Origin: Rhodobacter capsulatus SB 1003
GTDB lineage: Bacteria; Pseudomonadota; Alphaproteobacteria; Rhodobacterales; Rhodobacteraceae
Assembly: GCF_000021865.1 (NCBI RefSeq)
Contig: NC_014034.1
Span: forward strand, 3,150,001 to 3,182,000
Reading direction: 5' to 3'
Length of the DNA: 32,000 bases
Shown here: positions 1 through 7,655 of the stretch, piece after piece
How positions within the stretch are numbered: position 1 is the first letter of the stretch
How the letters are laid out: each line of letters opens with the position of its first letter
Position numbers and translations under genes: made by a program
Notes under the pieces: model-generated
What the model was told of the DNA's origin: nothing
The model's database searches: none
Seen by the model: the letters and a program-made list of their open reading frames with translations, nothing else

Positions 1-2
1 AA

Positions 3-122
3 GAACAGGTGACCGCGGGCATCGGCCCGGTCAAGGCGCCGATCCTGCCGCAGGTGCCGAACGATCCGCAGCAGCGCGAAAAACAGCTGGCCGAATTCGA
101 AAAGATCAAGGCCGGGTTCTGA
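3..122 (+). CDS. 3' end of an unidentified protein-coding gene (last 39 codons only)
   Basis: An open frame enters from the left edge (...EQVTAGIGPVKAPILPQVPNDPQQREKQLAEFEKIKAGF*). TGA is at 120-122 and the codons are GC3-rich. A GC hairpin follows directly. No family is recognisable from 39 aa. Confidence 0.35.
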   Translation, partial: EQVTAGIGPVKAPILPQVPNDPQQREKQLAEFEKIKAGF

Positions 123-131
123 GATCACGGC

Positions 132-153
132 AAGGGCGCCTTCGGGCGCCCTT
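132..153 (+). terminator. GC-rich hairpin, putative terminator of the upstream partial gene
   Basis: AAGGGCGCC-TTCG-GGCGCCCTT forms a perfect 9-bp stem with a 4-nt loop, 10 nt after the stop codon. The T tract is weak (CGCCTT). Confidence 0.45.
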
Positions 154-230
154 CGCCTTGGCCCCGCGGCTTGACGGTTGCGGCCCGGGGTTCTATCGCC
201 TTCGGGCGAAACCAGCGAAGGGGACAGGCC

Positions 231-1259
231 ATGCAGATCGGAACGCGCAAGATCGGACCGGAGCATCCGCCGCTGGTGATCGCGGAAATCGGCATCAACC
301 ATGGCGGCTCGCTGGCCGTGGCGAAGGAAATGGTGCGTCTGGCCGCGGCCTCGGGCTGCGAATGCGTCAAGCATCAGACCCATATCCTCGAAGACGAGAT
401 GACCGACGAGGCGAAGCAGATCTTTCCGCCCAATGCCGATGTCTCGATCTGGGAGGTGATGGCGCGCTGTGCCCTGTCGCAAGACGACGAGATCGAGCTG
501 AAGCGCTACACCGAAAGCCTGGGGATGATTTATCTTTCCACGCCGTTTTCGCGCGCGGCGGCGGAGTTTCTCGAAAGCATCGGCGTTTTGGCCTACAAGA
601 TCGGCTCGGGCGAGGCGGATAACCTGCCGCTCATTCGCCACATCGCGCGGCTGGGCAAGCCGGTGATCCTGTCGACGGGGATGCAGACGATCGAGACGAT
701 CCGGGCGAGTGTCGAGATTTTGCAGGCCGCGGGCGTGGACTTCGCGCTTCTGGAATGCACCAACCTTTACCCCAGCCCGCCCGAAATCGTGTCGCTGCGC
801 GGGGTGAAAGACCTGCAAGACGCCTTCCCCGGCGTGCCGGTCGGCTTTTCCGATCACTCGATCGGGCCGGAAATGGCGCTGGCCTCGGTCGCCTTGGGCG
901 CCTGCATTCTGGAACGGCACTACACCGACACGCGCTATCGCGTGGGGCCCGACATCATCAATTCAATGGACCCGTCAGAGCTGCGCCATCTGATTGATCG
1001 GTCAAAGGAAATCTGGATCGCCTCGCGCAACCCCAAGGAACGCACCGCCGCCGAAGAGCCGGTTTACCGCTTCGCCCGGGCCTCGGTCGTGGCGGATCGC
1101 GACCTGCCCGCGGGCCATCTGATCACCGAGGCCGACATCTGGGCCCGCCGCCCGGGCTCGGGCGAGATCGCGGGCTATGACTTCGACAAGGTGGTGGGCA
1201 AGCGCACCACCCGCGCCCTGCCCCGCAACACCCAGCTGAAATGGAGCGATCTGGCGTGA
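231..1259 (+). CDS. neuB: N-acetylneuraminate / nonulosonic acid synthase (NeuB/LegI family)
   Basis: This is track ORF 171-1259, with the start placed at ATG 231 (purine-rich GAAGGGGA upstream). The N-terminus MQIGTRKIGPEHPPLVIAEIGINHGGSL carries the IAEIG-NH-G signature of NeuB-type synthases. The C-terminal ~60 aa (VADRDLPAGHLITEADIWARRPGSG) resembles the SAF domain of the family. Confidence 0.85.
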   Translation: MQIGTRKIGPEHPPLVIAEIGINHGGSLAVAKEMVRLAAASGCECVKHQTHILEDEMTDEAKQIFPPNADVSIWEVMARCALSQDDEIELKRYTESLGMIYLSTPFSRAAAEFLESIGVLAYKIGSGEADNLPLIRHIARLGKPVILSTGMQTIETIRASVEILQAAGVDFALLECTNLYPSPPEIVSLRGVKDLQDAFPGVPVGFSDHSIGPEMALASVALGACILERHYTDTRYRVGPDIINSMDPSELRHLIDRSKEIWIASRNPKERTAAEEPVYRFARASVVADRDLPAGHLITEADIWARRPGSGEIAGYDFDKVVGKRTTRALPRNTQLKWSDLA

Positions 1260-2032
1260 CCGCCCCGCTGCCCGATCTGCCGGTTCAGGTGATCTCGCTC
1301 GCCCGCGCCACGGCGCGGCAGGCGCAGGTGGCGCAGGAATTCGCCCGGATCGGGATGGGATACACGATCTTCGAGGGGATCGACGGCGCCGCGCATCAGG
1401 CGGAATTGCTCGGCCGCACCGATCTGGCCGCCTGGCATCGCAACATGGGGGCGCCGATTTCGGCCGGGCATATGGGCTGCTATGCCTCGCATGTCGAACT
1501 GTGGCGCCAGATCGGCGCCGAGGGCCCCGAGATCGTCTTGATCTGCGAAGATGACGTCACCTTCACCGCGGACTTCCCGCAGGCGCTGGCGGCGGGGCTG
1601 GCGATGGCCGAGCGCTGGGACATCTTGCGGTTTTCCTGCATCCGCGCCAAGGGGCGGCTGCCGCAGGCGCGCCTTGGCCCCTTCACGCTGATGGCCTATT
1701 GGGGGCCCTTCACCGGCAATGGCTGCTATCTGATCAAGCGCGCGGTGGCGGCGCGGCTGACCGAACGCTTCTATCCGATCCGCCGCGCCCATGACCACGA
1801 GCTGAACCGCTTCTTCGACCATGACATCAGGCTGATGGGGCTTGAGCCCTTTACCGCGCCGCCGCGCGACCGGGGCGAAAGCTTCATCACCGGCACTGCC
1901 ATGGCCGGGGCGAAGAAATTCCCGAAATACAAGCGCCTGCCGCATTACCGGCAGAAGCTGGCGAATTACGCCCGGCGGCTGATCTGGCTGGCGCGGCACG
2001 GGCTGCTTTCTTTCCGCCGCGCAGGAGGGTAA
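1241..2032 (+). CDS. glycosyltransferase family 25 (LgtB/Lic2B-type LPS/LOS glycosyltransferase)
   Basis: VQVISLARATARQAQVAQEFARIGMGYTIFEGIDG ... GHMGCYASHVELW ... LICEDDV is the typical GT25 layout. The start is ATG 1241 or, perhaps more likely, GTG 1256. GTG 1256 has GGAG 9 nt upstream and a GTGA overlap with the neuB stop. Confidence 0.75.
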   Translation: MERSGVTAPLPDLPVQVISLARATARQAQVAQEFARIGMGYTIFEGIDGAAHQAELLGRTDLAAWHRNMGAPISAGHMGCYASHVELWRQIGAEGPEIVLICEDDVTFTADFPQALAAGLAMAERWDILRFSCIRAKGRLPQARLGPFTLMAYWGPFTGNGCYLIKRAVAARLTERFYPIRRAHDHELNRFFDHDIRLMGLEPFTAPPRDRGESFITGTAMAGAKKFPKYKRLPHYRQKLANYARRLIWLARHGLLSFRRAGG

Positions 2033-2074
2033 ACGGGACCCGGTTCAAGGTCGTTTTTCAAAGGAGTGTTCAGC

Positions 2075-3226
2075 ATGGTCCCCGCCTGGAAAATCAAGCG
2101 CGAGCTGAACCGGATCAAGGATCAGATCCTGCAACTCCCCGGCACCCTTGCCTCGCTGCCCGGACGCCTGCGCGAACCCGCCCGCCGCGACGCCTATCTG
2201 CGCGATTTCGACCGGGTGACGCAACGCCATGCCGGGCGGTTGCCCCTTGGCCAGAAGATCGCGATTTTCCTGATCTATCAACCGCATGGCATTTCCCCCT
2301 CGACGATCGCGACCTGCAACTGGCTGATTTCCGAAGGCTATGCGCCCTTCCTTGTGCTGAACTGCCCATTGGCCGAGGCCGACCGGGACCGCCTGCTCGG
2401 TCTGTGCTGGAGCCTGCTGGAGCGGCCGAATTTCGGCTATGATTTCGGCGGCTATCAGGATGCGATCCGGCTTTTGAACCGCGACGGCGCCCGGCCCGAA
2501 CGGCTGATCGTGATGAACGACAGCATCTGGGCGCCGATGCGGAGCGACCTGCTGGCGCGGATCGAGACCGATTTCGCCGAGGCCGACATCTGCGGGCTGC
2601 TGCATGACGAAAAGGTGATCCACGACACCCGCGGCGGCATGCCGAGCAAGCGCAGCCATATCGAAAGCTATTTCTACCTGATCCGCCGCAGCGCCTGGGA
2701 TCATCCGGCCTTTCAGGCCTTCTGGCGCGACTATCAGATGACCGATTACAAGCCGCATACGATCAAGCGGGGCGAGATCGGCTTTTCGCGGCGGATGATG
2801 GCGGCGGGGCTGCAGCTGGATGCCTATTCGCGCCGCGAAGTGTTCCTGCAACGGCTGCGCGAAAAGGACGATGCCTTCCTGCGCCAGACCCTGAAATATG
2901 CCGCCTATGCCGATGCCGACCGGATCAAGGCGGCCCGGCGCATCGCGGCGCTCGACCCGGCCAGCCCGGGCTGGCGCGAAGCGGTGCTGGACCACATCCG
3001 CCGCACGGTGAACCGCAAGCGCTTCAACGCCTGCTTCCCCTTTGCCAATGACCATATCTTCGGCACCGCCTTTCTGAAGAAAAGCAGCGAGCCGATTTTT
3101 GCGAACATGCGCGCCGCCTATCTGCGCGCGCTGGAAGAGGGGATGGTGGCCGAGCCCCCGGCCGAAATCCGCGCCGAGATCGCGGCGATGGTCGCAAAGG
3201 CAGCGGGGGCGGGCAAACAGCGCTGA
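2075..3226 (+). CDS. RgpF-like (rhamnan synthesis protein F family) polysaccharide glycosyltransferase
   Basis: Motifs match the RgpF-family pattern as I remember it: RPNFGYDFGGYQDAI, MNDSIWAP and HIESYFYLIRRSAW. The start is placed at ATG 2075, with AGGAG 8 nt upstream. The track ORF begins at GTG 2066. Confidence 0.6.
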   Translation: MVPAWKIKRELNRIKDQILQLPGTLASLPGRLREPARRDAYLRDFDRVTQRHAGRLPLGQKIAIFLIYQPHGISPSTIATCNWLISEGYAPFLVLNCPLAEADRDRLLGLCWSLLERPNFGYDFGGYQDAIRLLNRDGARPERLIVMNDSIWAPMRSDLLARIETDFAEADICGLLHDEKVIHDTRGGMPSKRSHIESYFYLIRRSAWDHPAFQAFWRDYQMTDYKPHTIKRGEIGFSRRMMAAGLQLDAYSRREVFLQRLREKDDAFLRQTLKYAAYADADRIKAARRIAALDPASPGWREAVLDHIRRTVNRKRFNACFPFANDHIFGTAFLKKSSEPIFANMRAAYLRALEEGMVAEPPAEIRAEIAAMVAKAAGAGKQR

Positions 3227-3231
3227 GCGGG

Positions 3232-3990
3232 TCAGCGCCCGCCGTAGCGCAGCCAGTAGTCGCGCATCCAGCCCACCGGGCCGCGGCCGATATTGGGCAA
3301 TTCGCCCCACCAGCCCTTGCGGATCAGATCCAGCGGCCGCGGGCGACCATGGAAGGCCAGAACCTTGGCGCTGGCGGGCGGGCGCCGCACCGGCAGCACG
3401 GTGCCCAAAAGCGCCGGCGGGCGCAGGTGGCGCTTGAAGCTGATCACCCAGTCGGCAGGCCAGCAGGTGACGGAATGCGCAAAAGCCGCGACGCAATTCT
3501 GTTCCAGCCCGAAACGATGGGCATGGCCGTTGCGATCCTCGTTGAAGCGCTCATAGATCTGCGGCTCGGCGCCCAGGGTAAAGGCGAACAGGCAGGTGCC
3601 CGGTTCCTCGGGGCCCTTGCCCGCGCGCGGCTTCCAGTTCGCGCCCATGTCGGTGGCGATGAACGGGGCGGGATGGTCGAAGAAGGGCGTCAGATCCGAC
3701 AGGATCATCATGTCGAGATCGATGAACAGCGCCCGGCCACGCAGCCCGTAAAGATCGCGCTGAAACACCCCGATCTTCGGCCAGCCGCCGATCTGCCACA
3801 GATCGGGGCGCAGACCGAATTCGGGCACCGGGAAGCAGTCCACCCCCGGATCGATCCCGGTCGCGTCATCGGTCAGGCAGACGAAGCGGAACGGCCCGGG
3901 CAGATGCGCCCGCACGGCGTTGAAAAGCACGTTCACGTAATCGGGGCCGTAAAGCGTCCCCCATTTCATGCACAGAACGACGCGATCCAT
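3232..3990 (-). CDS. DxD-motif (GT-A/GT8-like) glycosyltransferase-like protein, paralog 1 (252 aa)
   Basis: This is the C-terminal 252 codons of track ORF 3232-5208. ATG 3990 is preceded by GGGGAGAG. MDRVVLCMKWGTLYGPDYVNVLFNAV...RFVCLTDD...KIGVFQRDL...ALFIDLDMMILSDLTPFFD has a GT8-like K...(L/F)...Y/F-x-D-x-D core. The remainder of the 658-aa ORF is antisense to neuC and Arg/Pro/Gly junk. Confidence 0.7.
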   Translation of the reverse strand: MDRVVLCMKWGTLYGPDYVNVLFNAVRAHLPGPFRFVCLTDDATGIDPGVDCFPVPEFGLRPDLWQIGGWPKIGVFQRDLYGLRGRALFIDLDMMILSDLTPFFDHPAPFIATDMGANWKPRAGKGPEEPGTCLFAFTLGAEPQIYERFNEDRNGHAHRFGLEQNCVAAFAHSVTCWPADWVISFKRHLRPPALLGTVLPVRRPPASAKVLAFHGRPRPLDLIRKGWWGELPNIGRGPVGWMRDYWLRYGGR

Positions 3991-4021
3991 CCTGCTCTCC
4001 CCTCTGCCGACCTTGTGCCGC

Positions 4022-4049
4022 ATTATAACCCTTCCGCCGGGGGCACAAG
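4022..4049 (-). promoter_or_regulatory. putative sigma70-type promoter for the 252-aa glycosyltransferase-like gene
   Basis: A perfect TATAAT on the minus strand (plus coordinates 4027-4022) lies 32 nt upstream of ATG 3990. The -35 is weak (TTGTGC at 4048-4043) with a 15-nt spacer. The element sits between the arms of an 8-bp inverted repeat, CTTGTGCC (4012-4019) and GGCACAAG (4042-4049). Confidence 0.3.
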
Positions 4050-4092
4050 CAATGTAATGGCGACCCGAGCAGCGCAGGAGAAACAGCCCGGA

Positions 4093-5214
4093 ATGACCCG
4101 CGAAATCCTCTTCGTCACCGGCACCCGTGCCGATTTCGGAAAGATCGAGCCGCTGGCGCTGGCCGCCCGCGACCGGGGCTTCAAGGTGTCGTTTCTGGTC
4201 ACCGGCATGCATATGCTCGACCGCTACGGCCTGACCAAGATCGAGGTGCACCGGGTGCAGGGCGCCACCGTGCATGAATTCCTCAACCAGCGCGAGGGCG
4301 ACCCGCAGGACACGATCCTCGCGAAATCGATCATCGGCTTTTCCGACATTTTCGCCGAATTGCGCCCCGATCTGGTGGTGTTTCACGGCGACCGGATCGA
4401 GGCTTTGGCCTGCGCGCTCGTCTGTGCCACGAATTACATCCGCTCGGCCCATATCGAGGGCGGCGAGGTCTCGGGCACGATCGACGAGGTGTTTCGCCAT
4501 TGCAACACCAAGCTGGCCGCCTGTCATTTCGTGTCGTCCGAGGCGGCGGCGAAGCGGGTGATGACCCTGGGCGAGCCTGCCGACAGAATTCACGTCATCG
4601 GCTCGCCGGAACTGGATTTCCACGCCCGGCCCTCGGGCGTGACCCTGCCCGAGGTGCTGAGCCGCTATGACATTCCGTTTGACGATTACGGGGTGACGCT
4701 GTTTCACCCGGTGACGTCGGAAGCCGCGACGATGGGGCGGCAGGCGGCGGATCTGTTTGGGGCGTTGGAAGCCTCGGGGCGGAATTTCGTCGTCATCGCG
4801 CCGAACAACGATCCGGGCTCGCGCGAGATCTTTGCCGTCCTGGAACAGCTGCCGCGGGAGCGGTTCCGGCTGATCCCCTCGATGCGCTTTGCGCATTTTT
4901 CGGAACTGATGAAACACGCCGCCTGTCTGGTCGGCAATTCGAGCGCCGGAGTGCGGGAGGCGCCGTTTCTGGGCATCCCCTCGCTCGATATCGGCACGCG
5001 GCAGACGAACCGGGCCGAGGCGCCGTCGCTGTTTTCGGCGGACGCGGCCGAGCGGGAGAAGATCGCTGCGTTTCTGGCGACCGAATGGGGCAAGCGCTAT
5101 CCGCCCCACACCGCCTTTGGCGAGGGCCGGGCGGCGGAGCGCTTCCTTGAGGTGCTGGCCGACGAAGGCTTCTGGCAGGGCGGGCTGCAGAAGACCTTCG
5201 CCGATCACGGCTGA
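4093..5214 (+). CDS. neuC: hydrolysing UDP-N-acetylglucosamine 2-epimerase (NeuC/LegG family)
   Basis: This is the in-frame part of track ORF 3349-5214, starting at ATG 4093 with AGGAGA 13 nt upstream. MTREILFVTGTRADFGKIEPL...LVTGMH...HGDRIEALA...AHIEGGEVSGTIDE...GNSSAGVREAP matches NeuC-type epimerases. Confidence 0.85.
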   Translation: MTREILFVTGTRADFGKIEPLALAARDRGFKVSFLVTGMHMLDRYGLTKIEVHRVQGATVHEFLNQREGDPQDTILAKSIIGFSDIFAELRPDLVVFHGDRIEALACALVCATNYIRSAHIEGGEVSGTIDEVFRHCNTKLAACHFVSSEAAAKRVMTLGEPADRIHVIGSPELDFHARPSGVTLPEVLSRYDIPFDDYGVTLFHPVTSEAATMGRQAADLFGALEASGRNFVVIAPNNDPGSREIFAVLEQLPRERFRLIPSMRFAHFSELMKHAACLVGNSSAGVREAPFLGIPSLDIGTRQTNRAEAPSLFSADAAEREKIAAFLATEWGKRYPPHTAFGEGRAAERFLEVLADEGFWQGGLQKTFADHG

Positions 5215-5216
5215 TC

Positions 5217-6164
5217 TCAGCCCATCTCCATGTCCACCTGTCCGGTGAAATGCCGGGCGGACCAGGCGGCCGCCACCATCTCGTTCACCGGGCGCATCGT
5301 GGTGAAACGCGGCGCGAGCGGGGACAGATCCGCCCCCGGGCCCTCGGCGATCAGCCGCAGGAAGTCGCGCATCGCGGCCAGGAACATGTCGTTGCGTTCA
5401 AAGACATAAGACTGGCTGGTGCGGCGGCCGGGGGTCTGGAAGGCGATCTCGGGGGTCAGGAAATCGACCTCGATCAGGCGTTTGAGCCCCACCAGCCGGG
5501 CGCGGCGGATGAAGACCGGCGAGAGGTAATCCATCGACACGGTGCCGACCGGCCCGCCTGCAGATGCAAGCATCAAGGTGGTGGCGAAATCGACGCCGGG
5601 GAACGACGGATGGCCCAGGCTTTCGGCCCGTGCAAGCGTCAGGCCCGGAAAAAGCACCATCGCCAGATCGACCTCGTGCGAGAGGTCAAGCAGCACCCCG
5701 CCACCCTGGGCCCGCGCGGCGTAGCTGTCGGCGAAGCGCCAGTTCGCCCGCCATTGCCGCACGTCATGGCCGATCTCGAAGGAGAAGCGGTAGATGTCGG
5801 AGAGGTCTTCCGCGGCGAGCGCCTGCAGCGCCGGGTTGTAGCGCATCATGAAGCCGATCAGGCTGCGATCCGCCACCGGGGCGGCGGCGGCATAGATCGC
5901 CGCGACCTGTTCGGGCGTGTAGGCCAGGGGCTTTTCGACGTAAAAGGGCAGGCCCCTCTGCGCGCAGATCTCGATCAGCTCGAGCCGGATCTGGGTTTCG
6001 GTGGCGATCACCACGCCATCGAGATCGGTGCGCGCAGCGAAGGCTTCGGCATCGAAGCTGCGCCAGGGCAGATGGCTGACGGCGCAGCCCAGCATGGCCA
6101 GATTGGCCGCATGCCGCCGCCCGATCGAGCCCGCGCCGATGACGGCGATATGCGCGCTTACCAC
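5217..6164 (-). CDS. Gfo/Idh/MocA-family NAD(P)-dependent oxidoreductase
   Basis: An N-terminal Rossmann motif (IAVIGAGSIGRRHAANL) and the EKP motif (FYVEKPLA) are present. The start is placed at GTG 6164, because the Rossmann motif must be N-terminal. This gives a GTGGTAA overlap with the upstream SDR stop. The track ORF extends to ATG 6227 inside the SDR gene. Confidence 0.75.
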   Translation of the reverse strand: MVSAHIAVIGAGSIGRRHAANLAMLGCAVSHLPWRSFDAEAFAARTDLDGVVIATETQIRLELIEICAQRGLPFYVEKPLAYTPEQVAAIYAAAAPVADRSLIGFMMRYNPALQALAAEDLSDIYRFSFEIGHDVRQWRANWRFADSYAARAQGGGVLLDLSHEVDLAMVLFPGLTLARAESLGHPSFPGVDFATTLMLASAGGPVGTVSMDYLSPVFIRRARLVGLKRLIEVDFLTPEIAFQTPGRRTSQSYVFERNDMFLAAMRDFLRLIAEGPGADLSPLAPRFTTMRPVNEMVAAAWSARHFTGQVDMEMG

Positions 6165-6949
6165 GCCGAGAACCCGCCATCGACATTGACCAGCTGCCCG
6201 GTCATGTAACCCGCCCCCGCCGAGCACAGGAACAGCATCGCATCGGCGATTTCATCGGGCTTGGCCATGCGGCCCATCATGATCAGCTCGCCCACGCGGC
6301 GCTGGAATTCCTCGGAATGGTTGTTGAAGACCGCGCCCGGGGCGATGGTGTTGACGGTGGCGCCGCGCGGCGCCCAGTAGCCCGCGAGCCAGACCGTCAG
6401 CCCGTGGATGCCCGCCTTGGTCACGCCGTAAGCCGAGAAATTCTTGAACGGCATGCCGTCATAGATCGGGTGATGCGCGCCGTTCAAAGCATACATCGAC
6501 GCCACATTGATCAGCGTTGCCGGCCAGCGCCCGACGATATCGCGGTCCATCTGCCGGGCCACCATGAAGGCGCCGGTGAGGTTGGTGCGCAGGGTGCGTT
6601 CGAAATCCGCGACCGAGGTATCGGCGAAATCCGGGAAGGGCTTGCCCGCGCCCATCAGCATCTCGCCGGTGATCGCGGCATTGTTCAGCACCACGTTCGG
6701 CTCCCAGCCATCGGCAAGAACGCGTTTGAAAATCTCGGTCACCTGCGCCTCGTCGCCCACGTCGAGATCGTAGAAGCGGAAGGCCGCGTTGCCCGCATGG
6801 GCCGCCTGCAGCGCCTCGGCCCGGTGCCCCGGCAGATCGGTCGCGACGACCCGGGCGCCTTGGTCCAGCATCCGGCGCACATAGGTTGATCCCAGCACGC
6901 CGCCCGAGCCGGTGATGAAGATGGTGCGGCCCGCAAGTTGCCCGGTCAT
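6158..6949 (-). CDS. short-chain dehydrogenase/reductase (SDR) family oxidoreductase
   Basis: TGSGGVLGS glycine-rich motif, LNNAAI, and catalytic YxxxK (YGVTKAG). The protein is 263 aa. Confidence 0.8.
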   Translation of the reverse strand: MTGQLAGRTIFITGSGGVLGSTYVRRMLDQGARVVATDLPGHRAEALQAAHAGNAAFRFYDLDVGDEAQVTEIFKRVLADGWEPNVVLNNAAITGEMLMGAGKPFPDFADTSVADFERTLRTNLTGAFMVARQMDRDIVGRWPATLINVASMYALNGAHHPIYDGMPFKNFSAYGVTKAGIHGLTVWLAGYWAPRGATVNTIAPGAVFNNHSEEFQRRVGELIMMGRMAKPDEIADAMLFLCSAGAGYMTGQLVNVDGGFSAW

Positions 6950-6950
6950 G

Positions 6951-7655
6951 TCAGTTTCCCTCCGTCAGACGGTCGTTCATCAGCATTTCGACCAGCCGGA
7001 AATCGAACGGCGTGTCGATGTCAAGGCAGCGCTCGGGCGGCATCTCGAAGGGGATCACCCGGCCTTCGTAGATCGTCTTCGCCCGGCGCAGATAGTCGGC
7101 CGACAGCACATAGGTCGAGGCCGCATGTTCCCAGACCTTGGGCGCCGATTGCCGCGACCAGACCCCGCCCGGCAGCGGTTTCGAGACATGCAAAGCCCCG
7201 GTCTCGTCGGCCTCGACCAGGTTGAAATAGGGGTTCTTGCGCGCCTCGCAGACGCTCATCACCATGTCGGGCTTGTCCTGCGCGAACAGATCGAGGGCGC
7301 CATCCAGATCTTCGGGCAGGCGCAGGGGCGAGGTGCAGTCGAGATCGACAAAGGTGGTGACGGGCTGCCCCAAGGCCGCCTGCCCGGCCTCCAGCGCATG
7401 TTGCCAGACGCCCCATTTCGGCGCCGCATCGGTGGCCAGATGCACAGGCCGCAGCCCGATATCCAGCGCCCCTTTCGCCAGTGCATGGTCATAGATGCGT
7501 TCGTCATCGGTCGAGACGACGACGGCATCGATGCGCGGATTGGCGAAAAGCTGGTCCAGCGACCAGTCGATCAGCGGCTTGCCCGCGATCGGACGGAAGT
7601 TCTTGCCGGGCACGCCTTTCGAGCCCTTGCGTGCGCCGATATGGCCCAGAATCAT
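6951..7655 (-). CDS. neuA: acylneuraminate cytidylyltransferase (CMP-sialic/nonulosonic acid synthetase)
   Basis: MILGHIGARKGSKGVPGKNFRPIAGKPLIDW is the AR-GSKG-P-KN signature of CMP-NeuAc synthetase-type cytidylyltransferases. The ATG overlaps the upstream gene's stop (ATGA at 7652-7655). Confidence 0.85.
   Translation of the reverse strand: MILGHIGARKGSKGVPGKNFRPIAGKPLIDWSLDQLFANPRIDAVVVSTDDERIYDHALAKGALDIGLRPVHLATDAAPKWGVWQHALEAGQAALGQPVTTFVDLDCTSPLRLPEDLDGALDLFAQDKPDMVMSVCEARKNPYFNLVEADETGALHVSKPLPGGVWSRQSAPKVWEHAASTYVLSADYLRRAKTIYEGRVIPFEMPPERCLDIDTPFDFRLVEMLMNDRLTEGN

Noticed and set aside
3219-3238. Palindromes formed at convergent gene ends: GCGCTGA-GCGGG-TCAGCGC at 3220-3238 and GGCTGA-TC-TCAGCC at 5209-5222
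   Set aside because: Half of each palindrome is forced, because two convergent TGA stops are reverse complements. The extra 3-4 matching G/C bases are plausible by chance in this composition. The second has only a 2-nt spacer and cannot fold. At most they are weak bidirectional terminators.
3232-5214. Two mutually overlapping ~620-660-aa ORFs on opposite strands
   Set aside because: Only the last 252 codons of the minus ORF and the last 373 codons of the plus ORF (NeuC) look like real protein, and each has an ATG with an SD. The remainder of each ORF is the antisense shadow of the other gene. They resolve into two divergent genes with a 102-bp intergenic region.
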